Shown here piece by piece: positions 7,901 through 15,491 of a DNA stretch of 58,352 nucleotides. Location of the stretch: contig JAHBAR020000015.1 of assembly GCA_018500015.2 (NCBI GenBank), positions 1 through 58,352 on the forward strand, in the 5' to 3' direction. The translations under genes and the position numbers were made by a program. Each line of letters starts with the position of its first letter. Position 1 is the stretch's first letter. The DNA is from Candidatus Kerfeldbacteria bacterium (lineage in GTDB: Bacteria; Patescibacteriota; Patescibacteriia; UBA9570; XYC2-FULL-38-9). The notes under the pieces are model-generated. The model searched no databases. It was not told where the DNA came from and saw nothing but the letters and a program-made list of their open reading frames with translations.

Positions 7901-9203
7901 GCGATTAGAGCTTGTGAATCCCCAGGATGGTTCAACTCTTCCATTTTCAACTCTTCGTATCACACCAGGTGGTATAGCTTGTCGATATGTTGGAGGGGGT
8001 TCTACTATTACAATGACTGTAGATAACTTTATCGAGAAGGTGCGAAAGAATGAAATTCTCATTACAGGTGCCCAATCTGAGAGGATTACACAAGCTAATG
8101 AAGATGTTCCTCTCGATCCACACGTATCATTTGGTCAAAATGCTCGATATCGCTTTGAGCGTGCTCTGCGACGTCTTCAGTCCGTTGAATTTGTTGAAGA
8201 TTTTGAAAACGGGAAATTTGAATGTGTTGAAGTAGTTGACGGCACACAGCACACAGCTGTAGTTACGGTGCTGGAGAGAGATGAGGTTGGTTGTCTGTTG
8301 AAATTTGAGCCAGAGATTGTGAGTAGTCCAGCACGTTTTACCTATGAAGCTATTATTGCTGCCAAGGTAGCTGGCATATTCCGTGCTGATATAATGCGTT
8401 CAAGATGGCGCCCTGCGCGATCGTCGCCACCACGTGCTTTTGCAGCCCCACAGCCTAGGGAAGCTCCGTCCATACAAGAGACGCTCTCTTTTTCAAGACG
8501 ACCGTCTGATGAAGATCCAACAAAACCATATTCGACGGAAGTTTCTCCAGAATTTGATGATGCTGGAGATGACAAAGATGAAGATCTCATATCACCTCCC
8601 GGAACTCCTGATGCTAGCCTTAGAGGTCGCCCGTTAATTGGGATCTCGCCTGAGCCGCTAGTCCCAATTGCTCCGGTAGGTGGACAGCCCGAAGATCCTA
8701 CATCGACCGGTCGATACGCAGCACCAGTATTGCGTACTCCAGCACCCGAATTACCACCACAGCCTCTAGGAGCGGTAAGAACTTGGGTGCCTGACGTTGG
8801 CGAACCGTCGCGTACAACACCTCCTCCTGCTGTCGAAATAATGCCTGCACCCGCGCTGGTGGAAGTTGCTGCTCCACCTAACCCTGAACTGCAGCGCATG
8901 GAAGCTTTACAAAGAGTTTTGACAACTCAATTGGCCAACGAAAGGACATTACTTAATGTTATTCAGCAACTGAGTGCTAACGCATCAAGATTTGATCGAC
9001 TTTTCAGTTTTAGGAAGTATGCTGAATTAGATAGAGTGGCAGAACAGCGGTCTGGGTTTACTGACGCTCGTGATTTTGCTAATTATCAACAATTGAAAAA
9101 TGCCGCAATTTTGCTTGATGGGTTCAATCAAGCGAAGTTGCAGGCCATACGAGCTATTGATCCTGGTATAGATATTCGTCTAGTAGACCTATCTCAATTG
9201 TAA
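4920..9203 (+). CDS. Large orphan protein (1427 aa from ATG 4920) with a C-terminal Pro-rich disordered region and a terminal helical segment
   Basis: Long uninterrupted ORF (track 4890..9203). No signal peptide, TM helix or catalytic motif is recognisable. There is an internal duplication (LQIIGYINGRSEKSVFPRSF / VNIIGYVQGELLEESTVPQQY). The Pro/Ser/Glu-rich segment spans about nt 8400-8890. Confidence 0.75.
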   Translation: MATRRRTGESAAPANAGAQPQKSTLGGQPVDTITVGTRTAARGPEKARIPELKEGTVLRGVTASYVGARKPGEYSAECVVGGKRLDLRVFTDNAHYVLISSPQKVDVRLLETPQQQGGKLSARAVVDGASVDLSTIEHIARSAPARQPGELVELGRRTLTQLEPGVFAVSGQEADNRAVRVRSLLGWKPEMVKDRGVEMVAADNVRVAMLRGGVDAYMYEALPEREAILLSQHIRFVNILNRYAPVITALSQPDGFRDHMGKVLPWEPEGAWAPRVRTEIATRMIEVLGAYFSYIAANAPSEQFVDTDYLEAAMNKLEEFLYGAAFFAKEESVPSVTILPTAQLKLPQAQHLEELHTFFAAAMPDASKVWTPETLRTVGTVMDAATEELPDDFIERAPRGGDLFATLNVILEDAGLPRLQRGQEYVVKGRIDTSTGTPRFFDLSDALRIGTVLDDPAVVFSTEGNLSVLFDSVQARARRAVSIQTARSSALTVDIAPDMLPRTTALREGEFIDALKAGHIEMRTVQVNDLDSTVHALEHASTLQIIGYINGRSEKSVFPRSFIDARSRGEGAAITRAIVDRLSANLRVFLSPLVIDRVEIARQDLDVTTIELTVVVHGVVCAVSLNGKVEHDRKAFEPFRKAIAEAKAARDAQEADGGRSRLYAWLQAAPLVNIIGYVQGELLEESTVPQQYRSYRTALRGPADFAAGIRERVLARVRADARLPDNAVFVPVSNDPFVVKVTCAGVPPQHMTVTGDPRTDEPVFRGVRDFFHEQLAAPKLLERFNADNNIFPPLVFGETARHTSGIYPSDEFRISGISYLNTTQIFNLTPVAGGSPWAMSLSEFAAELERGFIYRDVLKEEDAYINDASPWNFPSREIHTNPERALAFNGMPATEMGGRFVRRFRLAVQYNSGKEKGKTYRVIRVDGSTHEMICAQETSEGILVEPTVELVMDTDDVIRNPHWFEIPDNSVYIRVAQAFDLRSPELARQLFEPGRLELVNPQDGSTLPFSTLRITPGGIACRYVGGGSTITMTVDNFIEKVRKNEILITGAQSERITQANEDVPLDPHVSFGQNARYRFERALRRLQSVEFVEDFENGKFECVEVVDGTQHTAVVTVLERDEVGCLLKFEPEIVSSPARFTYEAIIAAKVAGIFRADIMRSRWRPARSSPPRAFAAPQPREAPSIQETLSFSRRPSDEDPTKPYSTEVSPEFDDAGDDKDEDLISPPGTPDASLRGRPLIGISPEPLVPIAPVGGQPEDPTSTGRYAAPVLRTPAPELPPQPLGAVRTWVPDVGEPSRTTPPPAVEIMPAPALVEVAAPPNPELQRMEALQRVLTTQLANERTLLNVIQQLSANASRFDRLFSFRKYAELDRVAEQRSGFTDARDFANYQQLKNAAILLDGFNQAKLQAIRAIDPGIDIRLVDLSQL

Positions 9204-9220
9204 ATGTGTATATGATACAT

Positions 9221-9250
9221 AAAAACTCTCGCCAATCAGGCGAGAGTTTT
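9221..9250. terminator. Bidirectional intrinsic terminator
   Basis: Hairpin aaaaactctcgcc-aatc-aggcgagagtttt with an A-run and a T-run on its flanks. It lies between the convergent 1427-aa gene and rplT. Confidence 0.8.
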
Positions 9251-9258
9251 GTAATGAG

Positions 9259-9606
9259 CTATTTTGTAACTTCTTTCACTAGTTTTGCGAATACTGCTGG
9301 ATAGTGTTCCGCAAGTCCTGCAAGTACTTTGCGATCGAGCATTACATTCTTTTTCTTGAGCGCTGCGATCAGTTTGCTGTAGCTTGTGCCGTTGATCTTC
9401 GCTCCAGCCGAGATCTTGATGCTCCAGAGGTTGCGAGCATTACGCTTTTTGAGTTTGCGGTGGTCATATGCGCGTTGACCGGATTTGCGGATTGCGGTGC
9501 GAGCGTGGCGTACCAAGTTTTTGCGGCCTTGGTAGTAGCCCTTAGTTTGCTTGAAGAGGGAGTTGCGCTTGCGTGCGCGGGTGGTTCCACGTTTTACTCT
9601 TGCCAT
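9259..9606 (-). CDS. rplT: 50S ribosomal protein L20
   Basis: MARVKRGTTRARKRNSLFKQTKGYYQGRKN..., a typical L20. Confidence 0.95.
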   Translation of the reverse strand: MARVKRGTTRARKRNSLFKQTKGYYQGRKNLVRHARTAIRKSGQRAYDHRKLKKRNARNLWSIKISAGAKINGTSYSKLIAALKKKNVMLDRKVLAGLAEHYPAVFAKLVKEVTK

Positions 9607-9612
9607 ACTGAT

Positions 9613-9804
9613 TTAAGCGATTGCGCGGTTAATGTTTCGTGTAATAGTGTCTGAGATAGTTTTGCGACGACGCTTGTTGCGAGTCGTCTTGCTGCTTTCG
9701 CGGCCGTTGAAATGATCTTGGCCAGCGCGTTTGATTTTGATCTTGCCAGTCTTGGTTTTTTTCAAGCGCTTGGAGATCACTTTGCGTGTTTTCAGTTTAG
9801 GCAT
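9613..9804 (-). CDS. rpmI: 50S ribosomal protein L35
   Basis: MPKLKTRKVISKRLKKTKTGKIKIKRAGQDH..., a typical L35 placed between infC and rplT. Confidence 0.93.
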   Translation of the reverse strand: MPKLKTRKVISKRLKKTKTGKIKIKRAGQDHFNGRESSKTTRNKRRRKTISDTITRNINRAIA

Positions 9805-9805
9805 A

Positions 9806-10324
9806 TTATTTTTTCTTCAATGTAACGAGGGCTGTAAATTTGCTTCCTTCGCGAGTGATCGGGCTTTCGAGCGCGATTTCGGAAGTGAAGAGTTGGATAA
9901 ACTTACCGACAACCTCTTTTCCAACTTCGGGGTGAGCTTTCTCACGGCCGCGAAGAAGGAGTTCGATCTTCACTTTGTAGCCTTTCTCGAAAAATTTCTC
10001 GGCCTGGTTGACGCGTACCATCATGTCATGGTCGCCGATTTTGGCACCCAGTCGAATGCATTTGATTTCGCCTGCACGTTTGGACTGAGAACGACTCTTA
10101 CGCATCTGCTTTTCTTGTTCGTATTGCAGTTTGCCAAAGTCGATGATCTTAGCGACAGGAGGGTTTGCTTGTGGAGAAACTTCCACGAGATCGAGGCCGA
10201 GGTTTTGAGCTCGTTCGATAGCAATGTCTGTAGGCGTTGCGCCAAGTTTTTGACCGTTTTCGTCAATCAAGAACACGAGATCGGAATCGATTTCTTCGTT
10301 CTTGCGAAATTCTTTCTTGGAAAT
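9806..10324 (-). CDS. infC: Translation initiation factor IF-3, with a predicted AUU start
   Basis: The track ORF starts at GTG 10276, but the IF-3 N-domain continues upstream in frame (ISKKEFRKNEEIDSDLVFLIDENGQKLG). Between the in-frame TAA and that point the only start-like codon is ATT at 10324-10322. An AUU start is the classic infC feature. Confidence 0.85.
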   Translation of the reverse strand: MSKKEFRKNEEIDSDLVFLIDENGQKLGATPTDIAIERAQNLGLDLVEVSPQANPPVAKIIDFGKLQYEQEKQMRKSRSQSKRAGEIKCIRLGAKIGDHDMMVRVNQAEKFFEKGYKVKIELLLRGREKAHPEVGKEVVGKFIQLFTSEIALESPITREGSKFTALVTLKKK

Positions 10325-10608
10325 GGCTGTAGTGGTTACTTTTTATTAAATACCTTTGCTTGCTTTGCTAAGAAGCAAACATGTGGCACATCCTGAGTCG
10401 CAGAAATGCGCAACCCAGGAACATAGAAACGATAGAAATTCGCTCACTGCGTAGTTGTGGAGCTTTTTTGATGACCGAGGCGTACATTCAGGTACGTCGA
10501 GAGAGGCAAAAAAGCGAACAACACGCCCCGCAGGGGTCGTCGCAGCCGGTATTTCCGGCTTGCCGGAAAACAGGGCTGCACGACAGTGGGTGAATTTATA
10601 CGTTTATA

Positions 10609-11011
10609 TGGTGGAGATGGTGGGCCTCACACCCACGTCTTGTTCATGTATCACTCTGATCTTCATGCATAGTCAGATTTGGAGAGTTTCAACGTACTGC
10701 CGGCAAACCGACAAAGAACAGTATGTCTACATCTTGGTAAAAGTCCCGCGTGCCACAAGATATGCGCACAGCAATTCCATAGAATGGCACCGCTGATCGT
10801 CAGTATGGAAACCCGACGGGCGATGGTTGCGGTATTTCTACGCAGCAACAGCAGCCGGTGTGAGAGTGAGTGAAGCCACGAGAGCGTTCACTTTAGCTTT
10901 CAAACGACTGGTGAAGTTTGCACTTCGGAATTTGATGCTTTTGAAACGAGAGACATCAACTCGACATGCACAGAAGTGATATCAAAGAACAATCAACGAT
11001 TGGACATCCCC
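10609..11011 (-). ncRNA. ssrA: tmRNA (SsrA), about 403 nt
   Basis: The minus strand starts GGGGATGTCCAATCG... and ends ...GTGGGTGTGAGGCCCACCATCTCCACCA. The acceptor stem GGGGATG/CATCTCC includes the G3:U70 alanine identity pair, and CCA is encoded. A GCATGTCGAG block resembles the conserved GCAUGCCGAG. The predicted tag ORF at 10897-10838 reads AKVNALVASLTLTPAAVAA*. The gene lies directly downstream of smpB. Confidence 0.85.
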
Positions 11012-11050
11012 GGACAAGAAAAAACAGCGTTTTTTAGAGTCCGCGGATGT

Positions 11051-11491
11051 TTATCTGTACTTGAGCGCGCGCGCAATATCGCGCTCCGCCTCACGTTTTT
11101 TGATTAACTGACGCTTGTCGTGCTGTTTTAAACCACGTGCAAGAGCAAGTGTTACCTTAATCAAACCGGACTTACTATACACATTTTTGGGTATCATTGT
11201 CAACCCTTTTTGCTCCAATTTCCCAAGGATATGGACCAGTTCTGACTTTTTGACGAGCAGCACCCGGTCGCGGTCGGGATTGTAGCCGCGTTGGTTGAGT
11301 GTTTGGTAGGCGGTGATGTGCGCTTCTTTAAGCAAAAGCTGACCGTTTTCGATGGAGCAATATGACCCGCGAAGGCTCATTGCACCTTTTTTGACGCTTT
11401 TGACCTCAGCTCCTGTTAATACAATGCCAGCCGTGTATTCGTCTTCTACGGTGTATCTGGAAAGCCCCTCTTTGTTCACAATCAAATCCAT
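11051..11491 (-). CDS. smpB: SsrA-binding protein SmpB
   Basis: YTAGIVLTGAEVKS...GSYCSIENGQLLL...AHITAY...YNPDRDRVLLVKKSE..., a typical SmpB. Confidence 0.93.
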   Translation of the reverse strand: MDLIVNKEGLSRYTVEDEYTAGIVLTGAEVKSVKKGAMSLRGSYCSIENGQLLLKEAHITAYQTLNQRGYNPDRDRVLLVKKSELVHILGKLEQKGLTMIPKNVYSKSGLIKVTLALARGLKQHDKRQLIKKREAERDIARALKYR

Positions 11492-11530
11492 AGACTATAC
11501 CTTAGCGTAGAGAGATTGTTTTGTCATTAA

Positions 11531-11620
11531 ACAGCGGGTGACGCCGGAGCAGGGACCCTGTCCGCACGGAGCCGTAGGCGAGTACGGACGGGGTGCGTAG
11601 TGCGGCAGGACCCGCGTGTT
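11531..11620 (+). repeat. Family D structured repeat, copy D1 (90 bp)
   Basis: acagcgggtgacgccggagcagggaccctgtccgcac...gtgcggcaggacccgcgtgtt. It is near-identical to 23892-23982 (+) and to the reverse complement of 45404-45493. Confidence 0.9.
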
Positions 11621-11655
11621 TACTCGTAATCATTTCTCAAGTATCATATCTTCTG

Positions 11656-13413
11656 ATGAAAAAATATTTTCGAGCGCATCCGGTGCGCTTAGCGTTGATT
11701 GTTGTCGCACTGCTGCAACTTGTGTACGGCGCATATTTTGCATGGAACGATTCCGCAACAGTTGATGAAGTCGCGCACATTGGTGATGGATACGCCGTTG
11801 TCGCGCACCAAGATAATCGATTGAATCCTGAACATCCGCCGCTGTTAAAAGCCCTTGCTGGTATGATGGTCGCTGCACAATTTCCAAACGATATTGTTGG
11901 AACAAGTTCATGGGCTGAGCACAATCAGTGGGGAGCAGGGAGAGAGTTGTTGTATTGGCAAGACAACAATGCCAACTGGCTGCTGTTTGCCGGACGCATG
12001 CCAACCGTTGTTGCCTCAGTTATATTTTGTGTGATGTTGTTTGGTTTGGCGCGAGAATTTTTTTCTATGCGCACGTCGTTGATCGTGTACGGTCTCGCAG
12101 TTCTTTTTCCAGATGTGCTTGGTCACGGGCATTTCATCACAACAGACATCATGGCGGCGCTTGGGTATACAACGGTATTGTGGGTGTATGTGCGCATGTT
12201 GAAGAAAAAATCAAAAAAAATTTGGCCGCTGGTGCTTGCGATGACATTTGCGCAGCTGTGTAAATTTTCTTCGGTGCTGTTGTTTGCTATTGTCCCGCTG
12301 ATTGGATTGATGTGGCGCAAGTGGAGTGACCGCACATCTTTTGGTTCCGCTTTTCTCACCACCGTGCGTGAAAGTGCAAGCGTGATTCCGTTGACGTTCC
12401 TGCTTGTGTGGATCGTCTATATTCCCGTGACGTGGAATATGTCACAGGGTTTGCTTGACACGCTGATTAGCTCTAACCTCTCCTATATCGATTCCCATTT
12501 TTATTGGGTCTTTAATGTGCTACATGCTTTGGCGAGCAACCCATTTACTAAGCCGTTGTGTGATTATGTGCTTGGTGTTGCGATGGTTGTGCTCCGCGTT
12601 GAAGGCGGAAACAATACATTTATTTTTGGGCAGATGAACATGCACGGCATCTGGTGGTTTTTTCCAATTGCGTGGCTTGTGAAAACGCCGATTGGTTTGA
12701 TTGCGCTCTATGCTACAGGAATTTTTGCAGCCATACAATTACGTGTAAAAAAAGAGATACTGTTTGTCGCAGGTGCAGTGCTGTGTGTGTATTGGGGATT
12801 TACACTCAAAGGCTCACTTAACTTGGGGACGCGGCATTTGTTGCCGACGATCTCTTCACTTCTGTTGATTGTTGGATACGCGTTTGAAGCGCTGTGGAGT
12901 CGCACTCGTGGATGGAAAATATTTTTGAGCGCGATGACGGCATGGGCCGTGGTGAGCGTCGTGCTTAATGCCGCACACCCGCTTGCGTATATGAACGAAG
13001 TATCACTCTTTGTTCCGCGCAATGACATTTTGGTCGACTCCTCGCTTGACTGGGGGCAGGATTTGAAACGTCTCGCTGCATATGTGCGCAAAAATAATAT
13101 TGACGACATTAAAGTTGATTATTTTGGTGGCGGCGACACATTACGCGAAATACCAAACGCGACATTGTGGCATGTGGAATATGGCCCAACAACGGGCTAC
13201 CTTGCTGTTTCCGCAACCTTTTTGCCATTCTCTCACATGTATGGTGTGAAAGAAGGGAAGTGGTCATATGATTGGTTGAAAGAGTTCACGCCTATTGCTA
13301 CCATCGGTCACTCTATTTTGGTGTACCACATCACCGAACAAGATTTTATAGATCATCCTCCAACGTCTCCATACCCGCTCGTCCAACCCGCGTGGATTCC
13401 TCCTGTACAGTAA
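11656..13413 (+). CDS. Polytopic membrane glycosyltransferase, GT39/ArnT-like (PMT_2 type)
   Basis: Start moved to ATG 11656 because the track ORF 11593 runs through repeat D1. The N-terminal loop carries DEVAHIGDGYAVV...NPEHPPLLK, typical of lipid-carrier-dependent GT-C enzymes. It has more than 10 TM helices and a C-terminal soluble domain. Confidence 0.75.
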   Translation: MKKYFRAHPVRLALIVVALLQLVYGAYFAWNDSATVDEVAHIGDGYAVVAHQDNRLNPEHPPLLKALAGMMVAAQFPNDIVGTSSWAEHNQWGAGRELLYWQDNNANWLLFAGRMPTVVASVIFCVMLFGLAREFFSMRTSLIVYGLAVLFPDVLGHGHFITTDIMAALGYTTVLWVYVRMLKKKSKKIWPLVLAMTFAQLCKFSSVLLFAIVPLIGLMWRKWSDRTSFGSAFLTTVRESASVIPLTFLLVWIVYIPVTWNMSQGLLDTLISSNLSYIDSHFYWVFNVLHALASNPFTKPLCDYVLGVAMVVLRVEGGNNTFIFGQMNMHGIWWFFPIAWLVKTPIGLIALYATGIFAAIQLRVKKEILFVAGAVLCVYWGFTLKGSLNLGTRHLLPTISSLLLIVGYAFEALWSRTRGWKIFLSAMTAWAVVSVVLNAAHPLAYMNEVSLFVPRNDILVDSSLDWGQDLKRLAAYVRKNNIDDIKVDYFGGGDTLREIPNATLWHVEYGPTTGYLAVSATFLPFSHMYGVKEGKWSYDWLKEFTPIATIGHSILVYHITEQDFIDHPPTSPYPLVQPAWIPPVQ

Positions 13414-14341
13414 TTTTTTTTCGAAATACCGCAACGAACATCGGATCAAGATGGTCTTTGTCGGGAAAAATGCGAATGAGCTTTGATGCTATTTCATGTG
13501 AGACGATAGGAAGTCCGTTGCTTCCCGTTGCATTGAAGTAGTCATGTGCATTGAGCAATTCGATATGCTCTCCGCGCTTGTTAAGAAATTTTGCAACGAC
13601 GATCTCATTCTCTTCAGGCGCTAGTGAACAGGTTGAGTAGAGGAGCACGCCACCGGGTTTGAGTGCAAGAAGAAGTCCCCCGAGCAATGCGAGTTGTCGA
13701 AATTGCATCTGCTTTACGCGGTTTGGCGACCACTCACTTAAATGTTTTTCGCTTGCCATAACGTGGGCTTCTGAGCTGCACGGCGCGTCGAGAAGAATGC
13801 CGTCGTAGTGATCAGGAAATTTTTTGAACAGTGTTTCGGCTTGAGATTTTTGAGTGCGAATGTCTTCGTAATGGTATTGATTGAGTGTTGCGCGCAGGCG
13901 ACCAAGACGATCGGCGGACAATTCATTTGCGGTAATGTGAGCGTTTGGCATCTCTTCTGCAAGCACGAGCGTTTTCCCGCCGGGTGCTGCACACGCGTCA
14001 AGAATTTTTACATCTACCCCTTTTTGGATCAGATCCGAAAGTGCGCGAGAAAGCACAAGAGGAGGAATGAGTGAAGAAGCATTCATGGCGTAGAGTAGAC
14101 CTTCTGTAATCCCCGGTACTGTTTCTCCAAATGGAAGTTCTTTTGGCCAGAGTGCGGCGTGCGCATACCACGGCAGGGTTTCAAAAGAGAAATGATGTTG
14201 TGCAAAAAGCTCCCTCACCTTTTCTTTGTGCGTAGAAGCAAAACGTAACATAGGTAGATGATGTTTCAACAGCGCAGCACGCATCTGCGGCCACGCTGTG
14301 CCAAAATGTTCAGCATAAAATTGTTCAAAGCGTTCGTTCAT
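13346..14341 (-). CDS. RsmB/NOP2/Sun-family RNA m5C methyltransferase
   Basis: DACAAPGGKT (SAM motif I), LDAPCSSE (motif IV Cys) and YSTCSLAPEENE (motif VI Cys). The last 68 nt overlap the convergent GT39 gene. Confidence 0.85.
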   Translation of the reverse strand: MNERFEQFYAEHFGTAWPQMRAALLKHHLPMLRFASTHKEKVRELFAQHHFSFETLPWYAHAALWPKELPFGETVPGITEGLLYAMNASSLIPPLVLSRALSDLIQKGVDVKILDACAAPGGKTLVLAEEMPNAHITANELSADRLGRLRATLNQYHYEDIRTQKSQAETLFKKFPDHYDGILLDAPCSSEAHVMASEKHLSEWSPNRVKQMQFRQLALLGGLLLALKPGGVLLYSTCSLAPEENEIVVAKFLNKRGEHIELLNAHDYFNATGSNGLPIVSHEIASKLIRIFPDKDHLDPMFVAVFRKKITVQEESTRVGRAGMETLEDDL

Positions 14342-15264
14342 AGCGGGAGATGATAGCGTTTACCTTTTTGCTCAACCATCTTATCAGCGATCAGTGTGTG
14401 CAAAACACTCTTGAGCCACTCTTTGCGCTCCACTGAAAAATCATTCTGAATTGCGTTGCCGATTTCCACAAGTGATGCACCATTTTTTTGTTGGCGTGGT
14501 GTGTGTAAAAATTTCAAAATTTTGCCGCGCCAAATTCTCCGTGGCTCGCCGAAGTATATTTTTTCGTTCGTTTTTTTTGTGACGCGCAAGTGTTTTGGCT
14601 GTGCGCTGAGAATTTCTGGATACGAGTTACACATGTTTTGAAAGGGGCACGCCTCGCACTTTGGTTTTTTTGCAACGCACACCACAGCACCAAAATCCAT
14701 GATGGCTTGATTAAAATTGTAGTGGTCTTTTTTTGGTGTGGCCGCATGCGCAAGCGCCCAGTACTCTTTTTCGGTAAGTGAGAGTGTGTGTTTAAACGAA
14801 ACAAAAATTCGCGAAAGCACGCGACGCACATTGGTTTCCACAATTGGTTCGGATGTTTCAAACGCAAAGTTCATCACTGCGCGCGCAGTGTATGGGCCAA
14901 TGCCCGGTAATGACATCAGCGCATCAATGCTATTGGGAAAAATACCACCATATGTTTTTGTGACCTCTTTTGCCATGCGATGCAGAAATTGCGCTCGGCG
15001 ATTGTACCCAAGGCCTTGCCATTCACCCAACACTTCTCGAGTCGAAGCAGAGGCGAGTGTTTGCACATTTGGAAATTTTTTCATCCACGCACGGTATTTT
15101 GGAATGACACGATCAACTTGCGTTTGTTGTAGCATGAGCTCAGAGACAATAACCGTATAGGGATCGCGCGTTTTGCGCCACGGTAAATCGCGCGCAGCAG
15201 AGGCGTACCATGTAAGCAGCGCGCTGCGGAATTTTTTTACAGCATGCGGAGAAAGAGAGGACAT
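14338..15264 (-). CDS. mutY: HhH-GPD DNA glycosylase, MutY (A/G-specific adenine glycosylase) family
   Basis: LPWR...DPY...SE.MLQQTQV, the HhH motif LPGIGPYTARAV, QAIMDFGA, and the 4Fe-4S Cys loop C-x7-C-x2-C-x5-C (CVAKKPKCEACPFQNMC). The C-terminal about 90 aa do not look like a canonical NUDIX-like domain. ATGA overlap with the downstream gene. Confidence 0.75.
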   Translation of the reverse strand: MSSLSPHAVKKFRSALLTWYASAARDLPWRKTRDPYTVIVSELMLQQTQVDRVIPKYRAWMKKFPNVQTLASASTREVLGEWQGLGYNRRAQFLHRMAKEVTKTYGGIFPNSIDALMSLPGIGPYTARAVMNFAFETSEPIVETNVRRVLSRIFVSFKHTLSLTEKEYWALAHAATPKKDHYNFNQAIMDFGAVVCVAKKPKCEACPFQNMCNSYPEILSAQPKHLRVTKKTNEKIYFGEPRRIWRGKILKFLHTPRQQKNGASLVEIGNAIQNDFSVERKEWLKSVLHTLIADKMVEQKGKRYHLPL

Positions 15265-15294
15265 CTCACAATTGTATCACATGCGTTCATATAT

Positions 15295-15449
15295 GAGCGC
15301 AATGCGCCGGAGTTCGAGCTTGAGCGCGACTGAGGCGTACTGGAACGTACGTCGAAGGAGACGCGAGAGCGAACGACAAGCCCGAAGATACGTCGTTCGC
15401 GAACGACGTATCGAAGGGTCGACCGGCTTTGCCGGCGACAGAGCGCCAG
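15295..15449 (-). repeat. Family B structured repeat, copy B1 (carries the nested palindrome at 15387-15412)
   Basis: The reverse complement aligns block by block with 42621-42793 and 52551-52672. Confidence 0.9.
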
Positions 15450-15491
15450 ATATGGACGCATGGTTCAAAAGAGAGGTATACTTTCGAGCAT

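Noticed and set aside
8342-8899. Long antisense or overlapping ORFs at 8342..8899(-), 28376..28732(-), 53454..53897(-), 55604..56422(-), 29565..30017(-), 33237..33605(-) and 49951..50451(-).
   Set aside because: Each lies opposite a gene with clear conserved motifs or within GC/Pro-rich sequence, where stop codons are rare on the other strand. Their translations are low-complexity and motif-free.
10381-10593. A 70-aa ORF between infC and the tmRNA gene.
   Set aside because: It lies in the infC leader and tmRNA terminator region, overlaps a B-like repeat fragment, and has an Arg/Ser/Gln-rich composition typical of non-coding GC-rich sequence.
11593-11655. N-terminal extensions given by the ORF track: 11593 for the GT39 gene, 15429 for the adaptor, 45458 for the membrane protein, 29422 for the giant protein, 56696..57448 for the minus-strand membrane protein, and 62 for the L,D-transpeptidase.
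   Set aside because: The extensions read through repeat elements or overlap upstream genes. They are followed by an internal ATG that opens a signal peptide, a TM helix or the conserved N-terminus.
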